The position numbers and the translations under genes are program-made. From positions 310,001 through 374,000 of IMG/VR virus record IMGVR_UViG_3300028654_000001: a stretch of DNA of 64,000 nucleotides, one strand, 5' to 3'. Each line of letters begins with the position of its first letter. Position 1 is the first letter of the stretch. The notes under the pieces were generated by a model. That model saw only the letters and a list, made by a program, of their open reading frames with translations, was not told where the DNA came from and searched no databases. Positions 40,865-49,500 of this stretch are shown here, one piece after another.

Positions 40865-41974
40865 TCAGAACCTATTCGGTGGGCGATACCTAGGATTAAG
40901 AGCACCCTGAGCAGGTTTATTCAAGATTGAGAGTACGCCCTGTTCAGTAGTTTTCTGAGCTTGCTCACCCAAGACTGGGATACCTTCAACGTTGGTGCCC
41001 ACAATCTGGGATCCTCCTTGAATACCTAGAGGGATATCGTTTGGATCAAATCCCTCTAGAGATGCAATATCTCTAGACTTACTAAGCACAGCAGAGGATG
41101 GGGGGATTGCTTGACCAGGGATCATTCTAGGCTGAATAGGTGCTTGAGGCTCCGACACCGGTGGGGCTTCAATAGGAGCTGACTGAGCTACTGGGACAGG
41201 TACTGTCACTGACCTCTGATTCAACGGGGTCCTAGACTGCAGCACCGACTTCAGATCCGTCTTTGGAGCCACAGGTTCTACCCTAGGTGCCTGTGTAACA
41301 GAGGCATTCTGTGATGCCTGTGAGGGTTCCTCTTGAGGTTCAACCTTAGCCTTTGATAGAACCTCATCTACCTTTTCGCGCTCTTCCTTAGAGGTTACTG
41401 CCATGTAACCAATCTCTTCAAGGATACGCTTAGATAACTCAAACGGAAGCTGTCCTTCTAGATCCTTTACCTCAACAAGCATCCGACGGAACTTCTCGTC
41501 AGGGGTCTCATCTGGAAGAATGAACTCTACGCCTTCAGCAGCTTCAACCTCAGACTTCTTAGTAACATCCAGAAACTTCCTGTAGGCAACATCAATCACC
41601 TCTCTTGACCACGTAGCTATAACGTAGTCATATACAAACTTGTATCTCTCAAGGATGATTGTTTTCTGTACAAGTTGCTTAGTAATGGGGTCTGGTTCTT
41701 CAGCCTCAACCTCAACTAAGTCATACTCTCGAAGTGACTCACCGTTGATCTCAATCAGAGATCTACAGATATGCCCCTTCTTGAAGGAGTTGACGTAATC
41801 TAGACCCTCCTCTAGTTCATCGGTATCAGCTACAACAGCTGCGAACTCTTCAGGGCGTAGGTTTCGGAGAACCACCTCACACCCGGCAACTGTGAACCGC
41901 TCTTCAACCTCACCAACCCGCTGAGCCTTTTGGAGAGCTTCTGTGATCTTCTTTGCTTGTAATTTCTTTGCCAT
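40865..41974 (-). CDS. Tail assembly chaperone-like protein 1
   Basis: Follows the tube gene; FTVAGCEVVLRNLRPEE...ICRSLIEING pattern of myophage tail chaperones; Pro-rich tail. Confidence 0.65.
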   Translation of the reverse strand: MAKKLQAKKITEALQKAQRVGEVEERFTVAGCEVVLRNLRPEEFAAVVADTDELEEGLDYVNSFKKGHICRSLIEINGESLREYDLVEVEAEEPDPITKQLVQKTIILERYKFVYDYVIATWSREVIDVAYRKFLDVTKKSEVEAAEGVEFILPDETPDEKFRRMLVEVKDLEGQLPFELSKRILEEIGYMAVTSKEEREKVDEVLSKAKVEPQEEPSQASQNASVTQAPRVEPVAPKTDLKSVLQSRTPLNQRSVTVPVPVAQSAPIEAPPVSEPQAPIQPRMIPGQAIPPSSAVLSKSRDIASLEGFDPNDIPLGIQGGSQIVGTNVEGIPVLGEQAQKTTEQGVLSILNKPAQGALNPRYRPPNRF

Positions 41975-42162
41975 TCCCGCACCTTTCAGAAAAATGGTGT
42001 GAGAAGGACTTCGCGGGTACGGCAGAATATGGTGTGTACATTTACATTCCGTCTCGGGGATCTAATTTACGCTCCAATAAAAGGAGTCCGAGGGAGGTTT
42101 GATCTGGATTTAATCTAAATAATCTGCATTTACATCCGTGGCCGCTTGTCCAATCTCATCTG

Positions 42163-42186
42163 AGGCCCTCCGACAAGGGAGGGCCT
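42163..42186 (-). terminator. Hairpin immediately after the tail tube gene (terminator or mRNA-stabilising stem)
   Basis: 9-bp stem aggccctcc / ggagggcct with a 6-nt loop; no U-tract on the minus strand. Confidence 0.5.
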
Positions 42187-42196
42187 AACTCAAAAA

Positions 42197-42922
42197 TTAG
42201 GCTCCTATGAGGTTAGTAGCCGGCTGTGCCCCACCCGAGAAACGGAGCGAGAACCCAGCACCAGCAGTACCACCACCAGCAGGAGACAATCCGGAATCAA
42301 TGAACTCACCGTAGTTCGAGATACCGTCGATGATATCAGTTACTGTGACAGAGCTATTCTCCGCCACAATAGCTGCATCTGAAGTGAAAGAAGCTGAGTA
42401 ACTAGTTAGCCAGCACCCTTCAAAGAAGGTGAATAAGGCCTTAATGTCGGAAGAGTAGATGTTAGCAACACCTTGGGGCTGAGTCGTAGCAGACTTCGGC
42501 GCCAGAGGGATACCAGCTATATCTTCCTTGGAGCTGATCTCACTGAAGACCAGTTCCTGCTTGATATCGAACGGCCACCGGTGATGCCGCAGGGATCGAA
42601 CCAAACCCTCAATGCCACCCTTGTAACCGAGAACCTGGAAGATGTTCACAGTGTACAAGAGGGTTCGGTTCAGGGTGAGGGTCATTGGCTCCGTGACTCC
42701 AGGAACCAACTCGGCTACCATGTCACCAAAGCCAACTCCACGCACGGGGTCGATAGTCCTGGACTCGTCAAACCCAAACTCCGAGATCACACCGATCTGC
42801 TGGAACTTGTTCTTGCCCACCATATAGCTATAAACTTTATTCTTTTGACTTACAGCTACACGAGTATTGGGGGCCGTTCCCATTCTGTATATGAAGGTAT
42901 CAAGTTCGCGAGGAGATCCCAT
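42197..42922 (-). CDS. Tail tube protein
   Basis: IGVISEFGFDESRTIDPVRGVG...ELVPG...TLTLNRTLLY...PFDIKQ...FEGCWLTSYSASF pattern of large-myophage tubes; upstream of chaperones and tape measure. Confidence 0.85.
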   Translation of the reverse strand: MGSPRELDTFIYRMGTAPNTRVAVSQKNKVYSYMVGKNKFQQIGVISEFGFDESRTIDPVRGVGFGDMVAELVPGVTEPMTLTLNRTLLYTVNIFQVLGYKGGIEGLVRSLRHHRWPFDIKQELVFSEISSKEDIAGIPLAPKSATTQPQGVANIYSSDIKALFTFFEGCWLTSYSASFTSDAAIVAENSSVTVTDIIDGISNYGEFIDSGLSPAGGGTAGAGFSLRFSGGAQPATNLIGA

Positions 42923-43009
42923 TGTTATGCTCCAGTTTCAGTATCTTTATGGGCCTGAGCCCGTTGAACTACAAATTTGAAAAGGGAGGGGTCTTTTGCA
43001 CCCTTATGG

Positions 43010-44638
43010 TCAGCTAAAGTGTGAGTTGATTTTATCTGTCATTACCGACAGCTCTTTGAGAGCCGCACAGAGTGAAGGATCCGATAGGTCTGACCCCGTG
43101 ATAAGACGAGAAAGCATACTAGAGATCCTATCCAAATCACCCTTGGCAACATGAGTGTTGTTCTTGGTACTGGCTTCGACCACACCAAGAGTACTCTCAA
43201 TCTTTGTCATAACAGAGTTAGCTAAGGCCTCGTTGATGATCGGGACGTCTTTGGATGCTAGCTTGTAATAGGTGGAGTCCCCACCATCAATCTCAGAAGA
43301 AGCGTCCTTATCCTTACCTTTTTGTAACCAAGGCGGGAGATCCTTCTTCTTATCCTTGTCTTCTCCACCCTTGTCAGCATCGTCCTTTTTGGACTCACCC
43401 TTACCGTGCTCTTCGTTGTACTTCTTCAGGGCAGGAGGAAGCTCACCAGCTTCCTTATCCTTCAGCCAAGGCGGGAGATCCTTCTTCTTGTCCTTGTCTT
43501 CTCCACCCTTATCAGAATTGTCCTTTTTGGACTCGCCTTTGCCGTGCTCTTCGTTGTACTTCTTCAAAGCTGGGGGAAGCTCACCAGCTTCTTTACCTTC
43601 ACCCTTGTCAGCATTATCCTTTTTGGACTCACCCTTACCGTGCTCCTCATTGTACTTTTTCAGGGCAGGAGGAAGCTCACCAGCAGTCTTTAGGTGATCA
43701 TAATCACCAAAGTCAATCCTACCCTTCTCGTGCTCTTCGAGGTCTGAAGCTAACTCCTTACGAAGTGCCGGTGGGAAGTACTTGGCATCATCTTCCTTGA
43801 TCCGGAACTCCCTCATGTAACGAGGAACTACCTTTGCATCAATGAAATGAGCCCACAATCTCGCCGCGGCGGACTTGTCGTAATTATCTTGATCCAGCCT
43901 ATGAATGAGATTTCGGACAATGACCATCCTATCTTGATAGAGAGCCCCCTCATTTTGGAGGTAGAGGTTCAGCTCTTCTTTAAGATCTGGGTCAACTGCA
44001 GCAGCGGTTTTCCCCAATACTGCTTCCAACATGTTCGCAGTAACCGCCTGAATCACAGTAATATCAGCCTCAGAGGCTGTAGTCCCTTCTTGATCCAGAG
44101 CGGTCAAAACCTTGGCTAGATCATCCATAGAGGCGTAGAAGTAGCCATTTGTACTCTGACCACTAGGCTTCTTCCCCAATTCGGAGACCATCCTAGAGAG
44201 GGAGTCAATGGCTCCATTGACTTGCTCATCACTGAGTGATCCAGAAGCGTGTTCTTTTGCAGTTTGCTCTAAAAGCTTGATATGCTCTTCGATCTCTGCA
44301 ATTTGCTGGGTGATCGCTTCAGCTTGTGTTGTCTCTTGGGTCATACCGGCGCCTCGAAAAGGTTGTCGAAAAACAATTGGGATAAACAGATCATCATGGC
44401 AGGCCCATCGAGACCGCTTGGGTTTCAGAAGCTCCTCTAAATCCTCTAGCTCTACTGAGATAATGGTCTTCCCATTTTTCAGGTAAGCATCCAAGGCCTT
44501 GCGGCACCTGTTGACACCGCGGACTAAGGTAGCCACAAGCTTCAAAACTGAAACGGATCCAAGATTGAGTTCTCGCCCATCAGGGAGGGTAGCGTAATCT
44601 CGAAACCCATCGGTAGAGACCGTGACCAGTTTAGCCAT
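43010..44638 (-). CDS. Modular probable internal head protein with Lys/Asp/Glu-rich repeats
   Basis: 542 aa: coiled coil, a discrete ELNLYLQNEGALY...YD..AA..LW domain, 3x AGELPPALKKYNEEHGKGESKKD and 2x DKDKKKDLPPWL. Confidence 0.7.
   Translation of the reverse strand: MAKLVTVSTDGFRDYATLPDGRELNLGSVSVLKLVATLVRGVNRCRKALDAYLKNGKTIISVELEDLEELLKPKRSRWACHDDLFIPIVFRQPFRGAGMTQETTQAEAITQQIAEIEEHIKLLEQTAKEHASGSLSDEQVNGAIDSLSRMVSELGKKPSGQSTNGYFYASMDDLAKVLTALDQEGTTASEADITVIQAVTANMLEAVLGKTAAAVDPDLKEELNLYLQNEGALYQDRMVIVRNLIHRLDQDNYDKSAAARLWAHFIDAKVVPRYMREFRIKEDDAKYFPPALRKELASDLEEHEKGRIDFGDYDHLKTAGELPPALKKYNEEHGKGESKKDNADKGEGKEAGELPPALKKYNEEHGKGESKKDNSDKGGEDKDKKKDLPPWLKDKEAGELPPALKKYNEEHGKGESKKDDADKGGEDKDKKKDLPPWLQKGKDKDASSEIDGGDSTYYKLASKDVPIINEALANSVMTKIESTLGVVEASTKNNTHVAKGDLDRISSMLSRLITGSDLSDPSLCAALKELSVMTDKINSHFS
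43325..43690 (-). repeat. Coding repeats (3 x ~23 aa plus 2 x ~15 aa)
   Basis: Near-identical nucleotide copies differing at synonymous sites. Confidence 0.85.
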
Positions 44639-44675
44639 CTGCTACGTAGAGGGCCTACAACAAGATTCACGAAAC

Positions 44676-44834
44676 CTATTCGCCTTCATCTTCATCCCAA
44701 GCAGTGGGTGGTGGACAGGGGATGGTATCCCTATCCATTCTGAAGTTTGGTACTAGAGGTGCACTCGGGATGATGGGATCCTTTAAGTCAGGTGCCCGTT
44801 CACCTGATCCCTCACTGGTAGCTATAGGGTTCAC
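44676..44834 (-). CDS. Small Pro-rich acidic protein (52 aa)
   Basis: Below ORF-track cutoff. GTG start 6 nt after the upstream stop; MNPIATSEGSGERAPDLKDPIIPSAPLVPNFRMDRDTIPCPPPTAWDEDEGE*. Confidence 0.5.
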   Translation of the reverse strand: MNPIATSEGSGERAPDLKDPIIPSAPLVPNFRMDRDTIPCPPPTAWDEDEGE

Positions 44835-44840
44835 ACCTAT

Positions 44841-45686
44841 TCAGATTCTCAAAAACACTTCTAACAGGTGAGATACTAGAATCTTAGTACCTACAGCGGG
44901 TGAGTGCACAAAGTCCCCCTCGAACTGCCACTCTGGAACACCACCAGAAATTGCATCCAAGTCATTCAAGAATGGAATGCAGTAAGAAAGATTGGGCCAT
45001 GCTCTTTCATTCTTTCTGGAAACCAAAATGGGAGTTGAGTCTCCAACAGGTGCCCCTATAAGAATTCCTCGTAGGTGCCCCAATCGATACAGGACTTCCC
45101 AAGATTCTATGGTTGGCCTACTCGTTTCTGCAATAACAAACCCATTGGTTCCAATGTCTAAGACCCTAACTTCAGGCAAAGGTGCCCCAATTGATGGAAT
45201 CCTCCCATCAATTAGATACTCCCTTATCCACTGCACCGCAGTCCCTATCCTCTCACCACGATCTATCTTCGATAGTGTATCAGGGAAGAACTTGTTGAAT
45301 GAGCGTATGAAGCCAGCAATTGTCGGGTCAAGGTGGGCCAACATGGAAGACCCCAACCTATGAACTAGATCAATCCCATACACGAGACCTAAGGTAGCCG
45401 GGTTGAGGGCTAAGTCCCGATTCAAGAATAGAGTGATGGCCAGGATGGTATCTGGCCCCCTTACTTCATGAGTAGTGAAGCTCAGCGGGAGTGGGGTTCC
45501 ACAAATCAAATCCTCGAAGAACTGGGTGAGCGCCCCTGGGGACCTTGGGTTGAAGTCCTCACCGTGGTGCTCATAAACCATTGGCCCAAGTTGAGATCTA
45601 CGCGCCCCCGTCTCAAAGCAAATGGTGTCGTCAACTAAAGCAGGTTGTCCAGGATCAACAGTGACCTGGAACTGAAGTTGTTCCAT
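44841..45686 (-). CDS. Hypothetical protein, possibly a degenerate DHH-like phosphoesterase fold
   Basis: 281 aa; VYEHHG and THEVRGPDTILAITL loosely recall DHH-superfamily motifs. GGTGTA motif 10 nt upstream. Confidence 0.5.
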   Translation of the reverse strand: MEQLQFQVTVDPGQPALVDDTICFETGARRSQLGPMVYEHHGEDFNPRSPGALTQFFEDLICGTPLPLSFTTHEVRGPDTILAITLFLNRDLALNPATLGLVYGIDLVHRLGSSMLAHLDPTIAGFIRSFNKFFPDTLSKIDRGERIGTAVQWIREYLIDGRIPSIGAPLPEVRVLDIGTNGFVIAETSRPTIESWEVLYRLGHLRGILIGAPVGDSTPILVSRKNERAWPNLSYCIPFLNDLDAISGGVPEWQFEGDFVHSPAVGTKILVSHLLEVFLRI

Positions 45687-45705
45687 CCTCGGTGACTACA
45701 CCGAG

Positions 45706-46500
45706 TTATGAGAAGTCGTAATTGTACTCTGAGGGGTTGCTCTTGGCTCCACAGGTACAAGCACCCTCGCACTTGCACTCAGTACCGCAGGTTCCATCAC
45801 AGGCCCCATCACAACCAGACTTCTGGACAGCTGCTCGAACGATGTCTCGAACATTAGAGATGGGTACCCCAGCAATGCGATCCGGAACTGGGATGTCCGC
45901 CACCTCACCAGAGCTATATCCTGAATAGATCTGCTCACTCGCAAACCGAGCTCCAAGTCCGTGACTTAAAAGAATGGTGATGACATTGCTGGCTTCCTTT
46001 GAGGTAAGATCTTTGATTGCATCCTGATCCACCGGCCACGAGAGCCCAGTATCATCCCATTGGACCTCCTCAGCTCGAGAAGCCATGCTCAGGATGAACT
46101 TGATCTGCTTATCTGAAGCTGGCGGCCCCTTTGAACCAGGTGCAGCATTACCACGCTGATCCCAGTATTCAGCCTTCTCCTCGTACAACTCCAGGTATTC
46201 TTCAATCTTGTCCTGTAAGGAGTTACGCCAGTTATTGGTTCTCTTTACAAGAAATGAACCTCCAACAAGTGGCTTGTCAATTTTAACTCCGAGGAATACG
46301 ACTCTAATAGAGTCATCCCCTGCTCCCGCTGAGTAACCACTCTTCATGATTGAAGTGTAGATTCGAATAACTACTGAAGGGCTCAATGACAAGTCATATA
46401 TAACCTGCCCTCGAAATGATCCCTCCTCAGGCCTCAATGCTCGGAAACCCCTTTTGAGGAAAGTTTCCATCTCCTTCAGAGTTACTTCAACGTAAGCCAT
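45706..46500 (-). CDS. Hypothetical protein with ASDKQ...EAS..I helical motif and Cys-rich tail
   Basis: 264 aa; PASDKQIKFI...LTSKEASNVITILL (DUF3072-like) and C-terminal CDGACDGTCGTECKCEGACTCG. Confidence 0.65.
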   Translation of the reverse strand: MAYVEVTLKEMETFLKRGFRALRPEEGSFRGQVIYDLSLSPSVVIRIYTSIMKSGYSAGAGDDSIRVVFLGVKIDKPLVGGSFLVKRTNNWRNSLQDKIEEYLELYEEKAEYWDQRGNAAPGSKGPPASDKQIKFILSMASRAEEVQWDDTGLSWPVDQDAIKDLTSKEASNVITILLSHGLGARFASEQIYSGYSSGEVADIPVPDRIAGVPISNVRDIVRAAVQKSGCDGACDGTCGTECKCEGACTCGAKSNPSEYNYDFS

Positions 46501-46501
46501 C

Positions 46502-49500
46502 TCAAAGCTCCTCAGAGTAAATGGAGTCTACTGGATCAGCAGAGGATTCCTTAGCCACCTCTTGCGGCTCAACACCTGGTTTGGATACGTTCTCACCAGG
46601 TGCCAGACCTGCATCAAAAACAAAGGGGCTCATCCCTTTCGGACAGGTAATCTCAAGATTGACTGCTGCTCGAGTCAAGGCCACATAGGCTAGGTTGCGT
46701 TCAGCCTTCATCCGAGACGCTTCCTGAACTGGATCCGGAGGTGGATCATCGGGCTTAGGTTTTCTCTCCATTGGAAAGAGCCCTTTGGGCATGACCACTG
46801 CCACATTCTGCCACTGAGCCCCCTTTACCGAATTATGTACGATTGCCCCACCACTCACGTAATACTCGTGAGGTAGTACCCGAAGACTGAACACCTCTCC
46901 GTGATAGGGCTCTCTTTCAACCTGAAGAACACTCCAGCAAGGTTTGGTCCAAGCCTTCTTAGTCCCAACACCTGTAACGAACTCCGATGATACCACCGGA
47001 AGTTCCATGTAACCACTCAAGAGGTTACATGCTCTAATCAAGAATGCAACACTATAATTGTTCTTCTTCTCTGGACCAAGACCCCTAACATAGAGTGGGT
47101 ACTTGATATCAAGACCATACTCTCTGAGCAAGTTCAAAGCCCTTGGAGCAACGTAGGATTTGGTGCTCTCATGTATAGCATGAAGCTGACCCGAAGAAAG
47201 AATTCGTCCATTTCCTTTTGTATCCTGGTAGGCTTCGAAGGTCACCCCTGGGATCCCATAAATGCCTTGGATAAGGCATTCCATCTTCATGGCTTCCGCC
47301 TTTGTAGAAAACACACCTAAAATCCAACCTGCATCAGCTTTCTCTGTACCTAAACGACCACCAACCCCACCAGCCTTATAGGGGCGTGTAGCAGAAACAC
47401 AGTGTCCAACTCTCCACCAATCCCCACGACGCATTAGATACACAACGTATTTATTCATGAAGCTGTTCGATAGCTTCACCAACAAACGATGATTAGGGGT
47501 TACTCTTGTCGTACTACTATCAGTCACAACCTTGATAAGATCCCCACTATAAGGACGACTACCCCTAACAAAAGCATAACCTTCATGGTGGGTAGTTGTC
47601 TTACTCCTCGGCCCTCGTTTACCCGAACGACCCCAAAAAAGTTGGTTACACCCCTTCATATATGAAGCTAAGCGATGCTTAGACTGGTTTAACTCCCCTA
47701 TCGGAACCCAGCCATCGGTGGTTAGAATCAACTCATCAGGGGGTGAGCAATGAACCGTAGAGAGCGTGATAGCCGGAGGCTTTTCCTTCCTTAGTCCTGG
47801 AGGTAACTCCTGTTGCTTCTTCTCCCACTTGGCAGGATCTACTCTAAGGGTAGCCGCGAGCTTCGAGTACCTAGCCAGCTTTTTGATGTAGCCATGGGCT
47901 AAGGCTGGATCAGTTGCTTCTTTCTGGTCGTTCTCATTGGGATGAGCCAATGAGAACAGGAACTGGACAGCCCCAAGCCCCTTACCTTGATTAGACTTCT
48001 CTTTAACCTTAAGAAGCCCCTCCTCGCCTAACTCATTATGGACGTCAGTTTCCTTGTCATCCTCATCTTCTACGTCCTGTTCATCATCGGAATAGATAGC
48101 GGCATCCTCAGAGATTTGCTCTCGCAAAGTTGCGGTTGCAAAGGATTCTGTTCTGGTTGCGGAATCCCAACTCTTGACCGTTGAGCTGGTATTATCCAAG
48201 ATGTAATTGAGGAGCTCCTCCGTCGTGTGGTTACCCTCAATGTACTCCTGAAGGTCTCTGATACCAGGAGCTATCCCACGTAGGGCATCTGCTAGGTCAT
48301 CAACTATACGACCATAGGCATATTCTGCAGTACTTATACTCTTCCCCTTACGTACCATAGAATCTACGATGGCTGCCCTATAGGGCATCTTAAGACGGTC
48401 AGCCAATACTCGTACATAACGAGAGTCCAGCAAGATGTCAGGTCTGACATTCCTCACGTCTACCCTCTGCTTGCGAGCTACCTCATCAAGGGCTTCGTCT
48501 ACTGCTTTCTCTAGGTCACTGTGACTTAGGCGCACCCCACGATCAGGCTTGGTAAGAATAGAGATGAGAGAGTCCCTCATCTTCTCATAGTCATTCCCGG
48601 TTGCTAGATCAATGTACCCAAGTACCGCTTTGGATTCGGGTGCCTCAAGAAAACCCCTTCCACCTCTACGAATGTAGGGGATCTCATTGATGATGCAAGC
48701 TGTTTCGAAGTCGTTGAGTTCAGCATTAGTCCTAGCTAATACTGCGAAGTCCTCTGTAGCAGCTCCCTCGTCGATATCCTTTCGGTACCGCCCAATGGTG
48801 TCAATAGCAGCTTCAACATTGGAATCCGGAACATTCACTTGAATAGAAGCTTGGCCCGGACTCTTTCTCGGATCAGACTTAGAAGCTATCACCGTTCCGT
48901 CACTGTCACGCTCGATGAGTCTGTTGGCAGCTTCCACAATCTCAGGTTGGCACCGGTAGTTGGTTCGAATGGTGCGAAGAGTCCAACCCTCATCTAAGTT
49001 CTGGAATAGCTCTGGTTTGGCCCCACGGAACTGGTAGATTGCCTGTTTCTCATCACCAACCATCCAAATTGACTTGTCCTTGGAGTCTTGTGGAATATGC
49101 TCAGAGAGCATACCAAAGATCTGGTGCTGAACCGTATTGAGGTCTTGAGCTTCATCCACGAGGATATGATCGAACATACCCTGCATGACTTCCTTAGCCT
49201 TCGGATCACGTCTCAAGATGTCCCTCAGGATCTTGAGCATGTCATCCATATCCCCTAGGCGCTCCTTGCCCCTACGGTTCTTCGACATGAAACTCTCGTA
49301 CGGCTTGGATGGGTTACACGGGGGAAGCCAACCAGGGATATCCCCCTTAAGCCCTAAGTACATCTCGTACCAGATCACAGCCTGAGCTTCAGCTTGTGAG
49401 TTGACGGATGCCTTAGCCTGCTCGAGAGTCACATCATTCCCACGCCAAGCGTTGAGGAGTAACCCTGCCTTCTTTGCCTGAGGTGGATTCTCTACCCACT

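Noticed and set aside
40855-40960. Programmed frameshift between the two tail chaperone genes
   Set aside because: No slippery heptamer noticed near the first stop, and the second gene has its own ATG 5 nt downstream.
41975-42196. tRNA or structured ncRNA in the largest intergenic gap
   Set aside because: No cloverleaf or T-loop motif seen, only one short hairpin and degenerate repeats. A covariance-model search would be needed to exclude a novel RNA.
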